Assembly: GCF_000195975.1 (NCBI RefSeq) | Contig: NC_005070.1 | Coordinates: forward strand, 750,001-782,000 | Reading direction: 5' to 3' | Source of the DNA: Parasynechococcus marenigrum WH 8102 | Lineage (GTDB): Bacteria > Cyanobacteriota > Cyanobacteriia > PCC-6307 > Cyanobiaceae | DNA length: 32,000 nt | Part shown: one piece after another, positions 1-7,804 of the stretch | How the letters are laid out: every line of letters starts with the position of its first letter | How positions within the stretch are numbered: the stretch's first letter is position 1 | The notes under the pieces: model-generated | Databases searched by the model: none | What the model was told of the DNA's origin: nothing | What the model saw: the letters and a program-made list of their open reading frames with translations, nothing else | Position numbers and translations under genes: made by a program

Positions 1-219
1 CTTTTGGGGTGTTGCTTGTTGAATCAGCCGATAGGAGAGGTTGTTGTCTTCAGCAATCCTTCTCCACACCTGGAGGCTGATTCCGCTGCTGCCACCCTCC
101 TCCTGGATCACAAAGGGGGCACTGCCGCTGACGCCCACCTTGAGCGTCCGTGCCATTAGCGGTGGAAGCAGAAACTGCAGGCCCAGCAGCAGGCCGACTG
201 CAACGGCAGACCGCTTCAC
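1..219 (-). CDS. Family-3 solute-binding domain protein (possibly ligand-gated channel type), 5' part only; continues past the left edge
   Basis: My own translation of the minus strand from GTG 219 gives VKRSAVAVGLLLGLQFLLPPLMARTLKVGVSGSAPFVIQEEGGSSGISLQVWRRIAEDNNLSYRLIQQATPQK. This is a signal peptide followed by the LKVGV..PFV...G.GISL.VW..IA opening typical of SBP_bac_3 domains. It is absent from the ORF track because it is edge-truncated. Confidence 0.55.
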   Translation of the reverse strand, partial: MKRSAVAVGLLLGLQFLLPPLMARTLKVGVSGSAPFVIQEEGGSSGISLQVWRRIAEDNNLSYRLIQQATPQK

Positions 220-296
220 CGCTGATCCAGGCGCTTCACGATGAAGGACATCGCGACCAGGGAACCAGCCAGAGCAATCAGGAGGGCAATGGTCAT
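216..296 (-). CDS. Candidate 26-aa single-pass membrane micropeptide
   Basis: ATG at 296..294 gives MTIALLIALAGSLVAMSFIVKRLDQR. The stop TGA (218..216) overlaps the GTG (219..217) of the downstream solute-binding gene. The ORF begins 7 nt after the stop of the upstream 66-aa ORF. It is below the ORF-track size cutoff and I recognise no homology. Confidence 0.3.
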   Translation of the reverse strand: MTIALLIALAGSLVAMSFIVKRLDQR

Positions 297-303
297 TGGT
301 GGC

Positions 304-504
304 TCAAGTCGCAGCAGGGACCGCCAGATTGGCATCCATGGCCCCTAACAACCACTCAGCGACTTCCATTCTCAAGGCGTAGGCGCACTCGTAGCGCCCT
401 TGCTGTTCGAGTGACGCAAGCCTGCGCTCAAGCCAGCGCAGGGTCTCGACCGGAAGCTGGTTTGGACGCATCGATCGCGCCACAATGCTGTGTCGAAGGG
501 TCAT
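304..504 (-). CDS. Hypothetical 66-aa protein
   Basis: This is the 3' third of track ORF 304..963. The internal ATG at 504 gives MTLRHSIVARSMRPNQLPVETLRWLERRLASLEQQGRYECAYALRMEVAEWLLGAMDANLAVPAAT without overlapping divergent pdeM. The remainder of the 219-aa ORF is antisense to pdeM. Confidence 0.4.
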   Translation of the reverse strand: MTLRHSIVARSMRPNQLPVETLRWLERRLASLEQQGRYECAYALRMEVAEWLLGAMDANLAVPAAT

Positions 505-570
505 CACAGTGATGCACGGACAGGCACCTGCGATGCAGTCAGGGCTACAAAACATCAATGTGTCCTGCCG

Positions 571-1245
571 ATGAAGGGGCAGGAGTGGGTCTGGAGACGT
601 GAGTCCCTGCGGTTTCTTGGAGAGCGTGCCCTCTGGCGGGAGCACGGTCGCCAGTTGATGGTGGCGGATCTGCACCTGGGCAAGGCCGAGGTATTCCAGG
701 CCCATGGCATCCCCTTGCCGACGGACGGCGACCGCGGAACGTTGAATCCGTTGCTCCAGCTCTGTCATGCCTGGGCCCCTGAACAGCTCATCGTTCTGGG
801 TGATCTGATTCATGCCCGTGAGGGGCTGACGCCCGAGCTGCGAGAGACCTTGCGTTCGCTGCCGGATCTCTGCGGTTGTGAGGTGCTGCTGATCGGCGGC
901 AACCACGACCGCCACTGCTGGATCGAAGGCTTGCCGCAGCTCCCCTCCCAGTGCGTCGGCCAACTTTGGTTAAGCCATGCTCCAGAAACTCCCCCCGCTG
1001 CGGATCTGCTCAACGTTTGCGGGCATCTGCATCCCATGACCCGCCTGCGCAGCCGGGCCGATCGGTTGCGTCTCCCCTGCTTTGCCTTTGATCCCGAAGG
1101 GCCCCGTCTGGTGATTCCTGCCTTTGGGCAGTTGACGGGAGGCCATGACTGCGGCGAGCGTTACCAGCAATGGCTAGTGGCCGACGGAGCCATCCTTCCT
1201 TGGTTCGAACCACTCCTCAACAACCAGGGGCGACGGTCCGCATGA
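571..1245 (+). CDS. pdeM: Ligase-associated DNA damage response metallophosphoesterase (PdeM family)
   Basis: Track ORF 490..1245, with the start moved to ATG 571. Motifs MVADLHLGKAEVFQAHGIPLP, VLGDLIHA, IGGNHD and CGHLHP match the calcineurin-like phosphoesterase pattern of PdeM-type proteins. Confidence 0.8.
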   Translation: MKGQEWVWRRESLRFLGERALWREHGRQLMVADLHLGKAEVFQAHGIPLPTDGDRGTLNPLLQLCHAWAPEQLIVLGDLIHAREGLTPELRETLRSLPDLCGCEVLLIGGNHDRHCWIEGLPQLPSQCVGQLWLSHAPETPPAADLLNVCGHLHPMTRLRSRADRLRLPCFAFDPEGPRLVIPAFGQLTGGHDCGERYQQWLVADGAILPWFEPLLNNQGRRSA

Positions 1246-2726
1246 AGGACCAGACCAAGGCCGGCCAGGGACGGAAACGGTTTCGTCTGCGCAAACGCTG
1301 GTTGGTCCTGGCCTCTCCTTTCCTGGTATTAGGTGGATTGATTGCCTTGGCCCCCGACGCGCCGCAGCAGGAGCAGGTTGCTGAGACATCGAGGATCGAG
1401 CAGGAGTCGCGCAGGGATGGTGAGCCGTTTCATTACATCCCCGACGATGAGGTGTATGCCCTGGATCTCGATCCAAGGCGTGTTCGCTTCGGCCTGCTGG
1501 AGGGGTGGGACCGGGAGCAGGATGCCTTTGAGGACATCGCAGCTCTGGCCTACGTGTCCGGGCCGATGTACGAGCGCCATGTCGACAACGGTGGACGCGA
1601 GATCACAGTCCCGCTGGGGGACCTGAAGTTCGGTTCACGAGTCTGGAAAGGGCGCAACCGCACGGCCTCACGCCAACGGGCTTTCATCGCCATCCGTCAC
1701 AGCGGCGGCGTTGATTTCAGTTACGGCGAGCTGACCGACGCCCACATCCGCACCTACGACACCTTCATCGGTGGCTTGCACAGCCTCTACAACGACCTCG
1801 AGGAACCCCCGGAGAGCTACAAGGGGGCTTACAGCATCAGCATGGGACAGCGGATCCGCTACTACCTGCCACGGATTCGCATGGTGATGGGACTGCGCGA
1901 GGACGGCTATCTGGAGGTGCTGATGAGCCGGGATGGGCTGACCCTCGAGCAGAGCAAGGACCTGGCCAGACGTCGCGGCTATCTGGCGGCTTACATGCCG
2001 GACCATGCCTCCAAAAGCCGTTTCATCATTCCCGGCGTCAAGGGATTTACGGAAGAAGATGCCAACTGGATCAGCGGTGGAGCGACGAGTTTTGTCCATG
2101 TCCCTTACATGCTGCGGCTCAGTACCCGTCAGACACCGCTGCGGGGTGATCTGATCGCAGACTTCACCCCCAGGCTCACCGGTGATGAGTCCTGTGCCGG
2201 AGCGATGGATTGCCTGCAGGCCTTTGGAAATCACATGGCCGATCGAGCCCTGGCAGGACTGAATCGCGTGATGGAGCAGGGCGTGGAACCCATTGCACGC
2301 ATGATCTGGGCACCCAGCAATCCGGTGAAACCAGATGTCGACCAGGTGCCTGATCCGGTATCGGATCTGGATCGCTCGCCTTTGCGGGAGCCGCCGATCA
2401 CCGCAGACCCCCTCGTGCTGTTGGAGCCACCGGCGAGCCTGGAGCTTGAGGCTGAACCAACGGTCCAGGATCTTGGTGACGACGGCGTTGAGTTCTTCGC
2501 ACCCAAGGTGCTGCTGCCACCGGATCTGCCGCCTCCGGTTCTGTTAGACATGCCCAGCCTGGATGCACCGCCGCTTCCGGAGCTTGAGTCAGGTCTTGGT
2601 CGGGATGACGTCCTTGATGAGGAGATCGTGCTGGATCAGAGCGACGGTGTTGAAGAAGCGCCGCCACCACCTGAACTTCCCCCCCTCAATCCACCGCCAT
2701 TGCCTGTCGACAGGTTCAATCAGTAG
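1242..2726 (+). CDS. Membrane-anchored hypothetical protein with Pro/Asp/Glu/Leu-rich C-terminal tail
   Basis: Track ORF 1170..2726. ATG 1242 overlaps the pdeM stop (ATGA). The protein has a basic N-terminus, a TM helix (WLVLASPFLVLGGLIALA), a globular middle of about 300 aa, and a low-complexity tail (PPPPELPPLNPPPLP). I recognise no family with certainty. A phosphodiester-glycosidase/DUF2233-like fold is only a guess. Confidence 0.7.
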   Translation: MKDQTKAGQGRKRFRLRKRWLVLASPFLVLGGLIALAPDAPQQEQVAETSRIEQESRRDGEPFHYIPDDEVYALDLDPRRVRFGLLEGWDREQDAFEDIAALAYVSGPMYERHVDNGGREITVPLGDLKFGSRVWKGRNRTASRQRAFIAIRHSGGVDFSYGELTDAHIRTYDTFIGGLHSLYNDLEEPPESYKGAYSISMGQRIRYYLPRIRMVMGLREDGYLEVLMSRDGLTLEQSKDLARRRGYLAAYMPDHASKSRFIIPGVKGFTEEDANWISGGATSFVHVPYMLRLSTRQTPLRGDLIADFTPRLTGDESCAGAMDCLQAFGNHMADRALAGLNRVMEQGVEPIARMIWAPSNPVKPDVDQVPDPVSDLDRSPLREPPITADPLVLLEPPASLELEAEPTVQDLGDDGVEFFAPKVLLPPDLPPPVLLDMPSLDAPPLPELESGLGRDDVLDEEIVLDQSDGVEEAPPPPELPPLNPPPLPVDRFNQ

Positions 2727-2861
2727 TGGCTGTTTTGCTGGAAGGGTTCGTTCAGCTAGGACTCGTATTAAGAAGTTATTCTTGCCATCAACCAGTCTAG
2801 AAACTCGTTCTATTTGATTTATTAATATTGATTGGATTTTGCCCTTCTTACGGCCAGCTGA

Positions 2862-3335
2862 TCAGCTCTCCTTGTGGGAGGCGAGGGCCCGCATCACGTC
2901 TCCCCGGGTGATCACACCCGCCGGCTTCCCATCACCATCGAGCACAAACAACCGTTGTGTGCTCCGGTCATGCAGCTGTGAGGCTGCCTTGGGCAAGCCA
3001 AGCTCCAGGCTGCAGGTGTGGGTGTCCTTCCGCATCAGGTCCTTCACCGTGGTGCCGAGCACCTGGTGCACCTGCTTGTCCCAGTTGAGCGGATTGCGCA
3101 GGTAAATCACGCTGTCCAGAAGCATCACGTAAGGGCCGGCATCCACCCCGCTCTCGCGCACCATCTGATCCTGCTCACTCAGCTCTCCGATCAGGACACC
3201 GGCGTCATCCACGACCGGCAGACCGCTGATGTGGTGGTCACTGATCAGTTGAACGGCCTGCTGCAAAGGGGTATCGGGGGTGACGCTCAGCACGGGCTGG
3301 GTCATCACATCAGCCACCCTCAGCTGCAGGACCAT
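2862..3335 (-). CDS. CBS domain pair protein
   Basis: 157-aa ORF. The first CBS motif is VADVMTQPVLSVTPDTPLQQAVQLISDHHISGLPVVDD and the second is VKDLM...RLFVLDGDGKPAGVITRGDVMRAL. Confidence 0.85.
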   Translation of the reverse strand: MVLQLRVADVMTQPVLSVTPDTPLQQAVQLISDHHISGLPVVDDAGVLIGELSEQDQMVRESGVDAGPYVMLLDSVIYLRNPLNWDKQVHQVLGTTVKDLMRKDTHTCSLELGLPKAASQLHDRSTQRLFVLDGDGKPAGVITRGDVMRALASHKES

Positions 3336-3366
3336 GATTTGAAGTCAGCATGTTGCATTTTGCGCG

Positions 3367-3903
3367 TTGTCGTTACCCCTGCGCTCCCTGGCCAATGGCC
3401 TCACGATCGCCCGCGCGGTCGCTGGCTTGCCGTTGATCCTGGCGCTGCAGGCAGACGCGGCTGCCCTGGCCTGGTGGTTGCTGCTGATGGCTGGCCTCAG
3501 CGATGCCGCCGATGGTTGGCTGGCCCGTCTGGCCGGCGGCGGCAGCAGCTGGGGGGCACGGCTGGATCCCCTCACGGACAAGGTGCTGATTGCAGCCCCT
3601 CTTCTCTGGCTGGCCTCCGCCGGAACCCTGCCGCTCTGGGCTGTCTGGCTGTTGCTGGCCCGGGAACTGCTGATTTCCGGCTGGCGCTCCCAGGCGGGAG
3701 ATGGGGGGCCGGCATCGCTGGCGGGGAAAGGCAAGACCGTGCTGCAGTTCCTGGCGCTGCTGCTGATGCTCTGGCCCCCATCCTGGAGCGGGCATCAGCA
3801 GCTGGTGGTTGCCGGTTGGTGGTTGTTCTGGCCGTCACTGCTGCTGGCGATCAGTTCAGCCGTCGCCTACATCAGGCCCCGATCAGGGCTGCATCAGCGC
3901 TGA
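3367..3903 (+). CDS. pgsA: CDP-diacylglycerol--glycerol-3-phosphate 3-phosphatidyltransferase (CDP-alcohol phosphatidyltransferase family)
   Basis: TTG start. The CDP-OH_P_transf signature D-x2-DG-x2-AR...G-x3-D-x3-D is present as SDAADGWLARLAGGGSSWGARLDPLTDK. The protein has multiple TM helices. Confidence 0.8.
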   Translation: MSLPLRSLANGLTIARAVAGLPLILALQADAAALAWWLLLMAGLSDAADGWLARLAGGGSSWGARLDPLTDKVLIAAPLLWLASAGTLPLWAVWLLLARELLISGWRSQAGDGGPASLAGKGKTVLQFLALLLMLWPPSWSGHQQLVVAGWWLFWPSLLLAISSAVAYIRPRSGLHQR

Positions 3904-4819
3904 AATCGGGCTCCGTCGTCGGGGTTTTGGCGTAGTCGTTCTGGAAGCTGTCCGCCAGACCCTTGGCCAGATCAAACCGGGGTTGCCAGGCCAGTTCCCG
4001 CTCCACCCTTGTGATGTCGGTGAGGAAATGGTTAAGCCGCAGGGGGAAGGCCTTGCGGGCTTTGGGATCCAGGCCGGATGGATCGAAGGGGCGCAGCTCC
4101 ACCGCATCCGGATCTTTGGCGCAGGCAACCGCCGCTGCCTGGATAAAGCCGCGGAAGGTGATGCCCTGTTTGCCGGAGCAGTTGTAGATGCGGTTGGCGG
4201 CAGCCTCAACATCGATGCAGCGCGCCATCGCCTCGGCCAGATCATCCACATGGCCGAGCTGGGTGATCGTGCTGCCGTCGCCCGGGAGTGGCACCGGACG
4301 GTCGTGCGTGATCCGATCAAAGAACCAGCGTTCAACGGGGTTGTAGTTGCCGGGTCCGTAGATGTAAGTGGGGCGGAAGCTGGTGAAGGGAATGCCTTCG
4401 GCGCGCAACCAGGCCTCGGTGTCAGCTTTGCCGGCGTGGCGGCTGTTCGGGTCGGTGGCGGCGGTTTCGTCCAGGGGCCATAGCTCAGACCCGGCGTAGA
4501 CCCCGGCGGAACTCACATAAACGAACCGATGGCTGGGGGCACCTGTGATCTCCACCACCCGCCGGCTGTCCTCCAGCTTGCGGCCGGAGCTATCGACGAT
4601 CACATCGAACTGTCGTCCTTCCAACGGGCTCAGTCCCTCGCTGCTGCTGCGGTCGCCGCTGAGGTGCTCAACGCCTTCAGGCAAGGCGTTGCGGCCCCGC
4701 GTGAACAAGGTGAGGGCATGCCCCTGGGCTTGAAGCCTGGCCACCAAGGGCTTGCCCACAAAACGGGTCCCCCCCATCACCAGGATCTTCACGGCCACAC
4801 ACTGCAGAAGCGCTGCCAT
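3872..4819 (-). CDS. NAD-dependent epimerase/dehydratase family protein (CSP41-like)
   Basis: Track ORF 3872..5005 trimmed to ATG 4819, because the longer form would overlap hisA. GTG 4792 (VKILVMGGTRFVG) is an alternative start. It has the Rossmann motif ILVMGGTRFVGKPL and extended-SDR-like features (YVSSAGVY, YIYGPGNY). Its 3' end overlaps pgsA convergently by 32 nt. Confidence 0.8.
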   Translation of the reverse strand: MAALLQCVAVKILVMGGTRFVGKPLVARLQAQGHALTLFTRGRNALPEGVEHLSGDRSSSEGLSPLEGRQFDVIVDSSGRKLEDSRRVVEITGAPSHRFVYVSSAGVYAGSELWPLDETAATDPNSRHAGKADTEAWLRAEGIPFTSFRPTYIYGPGNYNPVERWFFDRITHDRPVPLPGDGSTITQLGHVDDLAEAMARCIDVEAAANRIYNCSGKQGITFRGFIQAAAVACAKDPDAVELRPFDPSGLDPKARKAFPLRLNHFLTDITRVERELAWQPRFDLAKGLADSFQNDYAKTPTTEPDFSADAALIGA

Positions 4820-4861
4820 TGAAGCGCGGAGCTGCAGGATGGGCGCAGACGTCTCACCGGC

Positions 4862-5629
4862 ATGGAGATCCTTCCCGCTATTGATCTGCTGGACGGAGCC
4901 TGCGTGCGCCTGCACAAGGGGGATTACGAGCAGGTCACCCGCTTTAGCGATGACCCTGTCGCTCAGGCCCTCAGTTGGCAGCAGCAGGGCGCAACCCGAC
5001 TGCACCTAGTGGATCTCGATGGTGCCAAGCGGGGAGAACCGGTGAATGATTCCGCCGTCCAGGCGATCACATCAGCCCTGGATATCCCGGTGCAGCTCGG
5101 TGGCGGCGTCCGCTCCCTGGAACGGGCTGAGCAGTTGCTCGCCTGCGGTCTTGATCGCGTGATCCTCGGCACCGTGGCGATCGAGCAGCCCGACCTGGTT
5201 CGATCCCTCGCCGAGCGGTACCCCGGTCGGATCGTGGTGGGAATCGATGCCAAGGACGGGCGGGTGGCCACCCGCGGCTGGATCGAGCAGAGCGATGTCC
5301 TGGCGACGGACCTGGCCAGAACCTTCAGCAGCTCTGGGATTGCCGCGATCATCACCACCGATATCGCCACCGATGGCACCCTGGCCGGGCCGAACCTCGA
5401 GGCTCTCAGGACCATGGCGGCGAGCAGCAGCGTTCCGGTGATCGCCTCCGGCGGCATTGGCTGCATGGCGGATCTGCTGTCTCTCCTGCCCCTGGAACCA
5501 CTCGGTGTGAGTGGTGTGATCGTCGGTCGTGCCCTGTACGACGGTCGTGTTGATCTGGCGGAAGCGGTGCGGGCGCTGGCGGAGCCGAGGCTGCAGGACA
5601 TCACAGCTGTTGCAGCGGACCTGGCTTGA
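4862..5629 (+). CDS. hisA: 1-(5-phosphoribosyl)-5-[(5-phosphoribosylamino)methylideneamino]imidazole-4-carboxamide isomerase
   Basis: MEILPAIDLLDGACVRLHKGDY, LHLVDLDGAK, PVQLGGGVRS and SGVIVGRALYDG are classic HisA motifs. 255 aa. Confidence 0.95.
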   Translation: MEILPAIDLLDGACVRLHKGDYEQVTRFSDDPVAQALSWQQQGATRLHLVDLDGAKRGEPVNDSAVQAITSALDIPVQLGGGVRSLERAEQLLACGLDRVILGTVAIEQPDLVRSLAERYPGRIVVGIDAKDGRVATRGWIEQSDVLATDLARTFSSSGIAAIITTDIATDGTLAGPNLEALRTMAASSSVPVIASGGIGCMADLLSLLPLEPLGVSGVIVGRALYDGRVDLAEAVRALAEPRLQDITAVAADLA

Positions 5630-5666
5630 TCAGTCGTCTTAAGCTGGTGTTATAAATCGCCATTGA

Positions 5667-6122
5667 GTGATCAGGCTCTCGCCCCCTGGATCAGCTGCAG
5701 GCCCACCTGGTGATGGGCTGCAGGGGGTGTTTGAGCGCTGCCGACAGCTGGGCATGCGCTTGAGCCGTCAGCGCCGGATGGTGCTCGATCTGCTCTGGAG
5801 CGAACAAAGCCACCTCAGTGCCAGAGACATCTTCGAGAAGCTCAATGCCCGAGGGCGGAGCATTGGCCATACGTCCGCCTATCAGAACCTGGAGGCCCTG
5901 CAGTCCGCCGGGGTGATCGAGTGTCTGGATCGCGCCAATGGTCGGCTCTACGGCTACCGCAGTGATCCCCACAGCCATCTCACCTGCCTCGACACCGGTG
6001 TGATCGAAGACATCGATGTGGAGTTGCCGGAGGATCTGCTCGACCAGATTCAACGGCGCACAGGCTTTCGGATCGAGTCCTACACCCTGCAGCTGAACGG
6101 ACGACGCCCACTGGAGCGATAG
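5667..6122 (+). CDS. Fur-family transcriptional regulator (atypical, lacks Cys4 site)
   Basis: GTG start. It has a winged-helix part (RQRRMVLDLLWSEQSHLSARDIFEKL...HTSAYQNLEALQSAGVI) and a dimerisation part with HSHLTC. Both CxxC pairs of canonical Fur/Zur/PerR are missing. Confidence 0.75.
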   Translation: MIRLSPPGSAAGPPGDGLQGVFERCRQLGMRLSRQRRMVLDLLWSEQSHLSARDIFEKLNARGRSIGHTSAYQNLEALQSAGVIECLDRANGRLYGYRSDPHSHLTCLDTGVIEDIDVELPEDLLDQIQRRTGFRIESYTLQLNGRRPLER

Positions 6123-6163
6123 GGCCAGGCTCGTTACTTTGACGACAACGCGTACTGAACCGC

Positions 6164-7774
6164 TTGGCTCCATCAGCTCCGGTACGAATTCTGTTGTTGG
6201 CACCGGACCTGCTTGGGGAATCGCTGGCCCTGCAGCTCACCCGTCGACAGTCCGATTGGGAGGTTTCGCTGCGCCCGGATGCGTTGAACGGTCATCCCCA
6301 GATCGTGATCTGGTCCATCGACAAGCTTCCATCCCTGAGCGCATTGCAACGGGAGGTGCTGCTGCTTCAGGAGCGCTGGCATCCGGCCCCATTGCTTCTG
6401 CTACTGCCGAGGAATGTTGAGGCCAGCCGTGATCAGCTGCTGACCCTCAGCGCAGAAGGGCTGCTGCAGAACGGCGACTGTGCCCAGTTGCAGGTGGCCA
6501 TCGACACCCTGCTGCAGGGGGGACGGACCGTTCGGCTTCAAACCGTTGCGCCTCCGTCCGAGCTGCCTTCCCTCGGGCTGGCCCAGTCGCTGCTGCTCAG
6601 TGGACTGCAGCAAATCAGCAATGACCTGCAGGTGATCGAAGCCCTGCTCAAGCCACCTCCGCACTCGTGGCTGTTGTGCCTGCTGCTGGAAGGTCGCTGC
6701 CGTGAACTGCGCAGTGCTCGCGCGCTGCTGCTGTGGCTGTGGGGTCCTCTGCAGGTGGGCCTGGAGGACGCCGTTCCCCTGCGGGTGCCGATGCAGCCTT
6801 CCCCACCAGCGGAGGAGTCGACGGCAATCACCCTGCGTCAGCGCAATGCGCTGGCGGTGTGGAACTCCATCCGTGAGCGGTTGGACGGTTCTGTTCAGAC
6901 CGGTCTCAGCAATGCCACCGGTCGCCTCCTGGCGATTGAGGGGCTGCACCCCGATCGTCGCCGCGAGCTGCTGCTGGCTCTGCTGCAGCAGCTGGATCAT
7001 GTGCTGGCACGGCTGCGCCATGAGGATCCAGCGCCGGCGCGCTGGTCGTCGCTTCAGCCCGAATTACGCCGACAGGCCCTCACCGCGATGGCCGGTAGCT
7101 ACGTGCAGATTCCGAGAGACGGTGTTCTGCAACCGGTGGCCTCCACGCTGCTGGCTTCCGCCGACCTTGAGGGAGTCGATGACGAGATGCCCGATCCTGC
7201 CTCGATGCTGATGCCGCTGCTGGCGGATCAGCCGGTGCTGGTGAACGGACAGCTGCTGCCGGCTGATGATCCAAGGGCACTGCTGCAACTGGAAACTCTG
7301 GTGAGCAACTGGCTGGTGCGCACCGCTGAGTTGATTGGAGCTGAGCTGCTGGAGGCCTGCGGCGAGTGGCCGGAACTGCGCCGCTATCTGTTGGGGGATC
7401 GCCTGCTGGCGACCCGGGAACTGGATCGACTGCGCAACCAGCTGAACAACCAGCTGCGCTGGTCCGAATGGATTGAGCGACCGATTCAGTTGTACGAAAG
7501 CAACCGCACGTTGTTTCAACTACGCGCTGGACGGATTGAACCGCTGCAGCTCACGGAGCCCCGCGATCAGGAGCTCAACAGCCTTGGCTGGTGGCAGCGC
7601 CAGGTGGCCTTGCTGCTGGAGACCCGAGATGCCCTGGCGCCTCAGCTGCAGGCCTTGGTGCGCCGCCTTGGCGATCTGGCCGTGGTACTGCTCACCCAGG
7701 TGCTGGGGAGAGCGATCGGTCTGGTCGGTCGAGGGATCGCCCAGGGGATGGGTCGCAGTCTGGGGCGCGGCTGA
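6164..7774 (+). CDS. Ycf55-like protein: degenerate receiver-like N-terminus + DUF3685-type Leu/Gln-rich domain
   Basis: 536-aa ORF with a TTG start. The N-terminus VRILLLAPDLLGESLALQL...QIVIWSIDKLPS...PLLLLLP resembles a CheY fold. The long helical remainder is typical of cyanobacterial/plastid Ycf55. Family assignment is from memory. Confidence 0.65.
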   Translation: MAPSAPVRILLLAPDLLGESLALQLTRRQSDWEVSLRPDALNGHPQIVIWSIDKLPSLSALQREVLLLQERWHPAPLLLLLPRNVEASRDQLLTLSAEGLLQNGDCAQLQVAIDTLLQGGRTVRLQTVAPPSELPSLGLAQSLLLSGLQQISNDLQVIEALLKPPPHSWLLCLLLEGRCRELRSARALLLWLWGPLQVGLEDAVPLRVPMQPSPPAEESTAITLRQRNALAVWNSIRERLDGSVQTGLSNATGRLLAIEGLHPDRRRELLLALLQQLDHVLARLRHEDPAPARWSSLQPELRRQALTAMAGSYVQIPRDGVLQPVASTLLASADLEGVDDEMPDPASMLMPLLADQPVLVNGQLLPADDPRALLQLETLVSNWLVRTAELIGAELLEACGEWPELRRYLLGDRLLATRELDRLRNQLNNQLRWSEWIERPIQLYESNRTLFQLRAGRIEPLQLTEPRDQELNSLGWWQRQVALLLETRDALAPQLQALVRRLGDLAVVLLTQVLGRAIGLVGRGIAQGMGRSLGRG

Positions 7775-7804
7775 GTCCACAATGGGCCTCCCTGCACCGG
7801 CCTG

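Noticed and set aside
505-963. N-terminal two thirds of the 219-aa minus-strand ORF 304..963
   Set aside because: It lies entirely antisense to the well-supported pdeM gene and has no recognisable motifs. I kept only the 3' 66 codons, which lie outside pdeM, as a candidate.
1201-1225. tRNA T-loop-like TGGTTCGAACCA and a Yfr1-like ACTCCTCAACA string
   Set aside because: Both lie inside the pdeM coding frame. No acceptor, D or anticodon arms can be built, and the Yfr1 core (ACUCCUCACAC as I recall it) is not matched.
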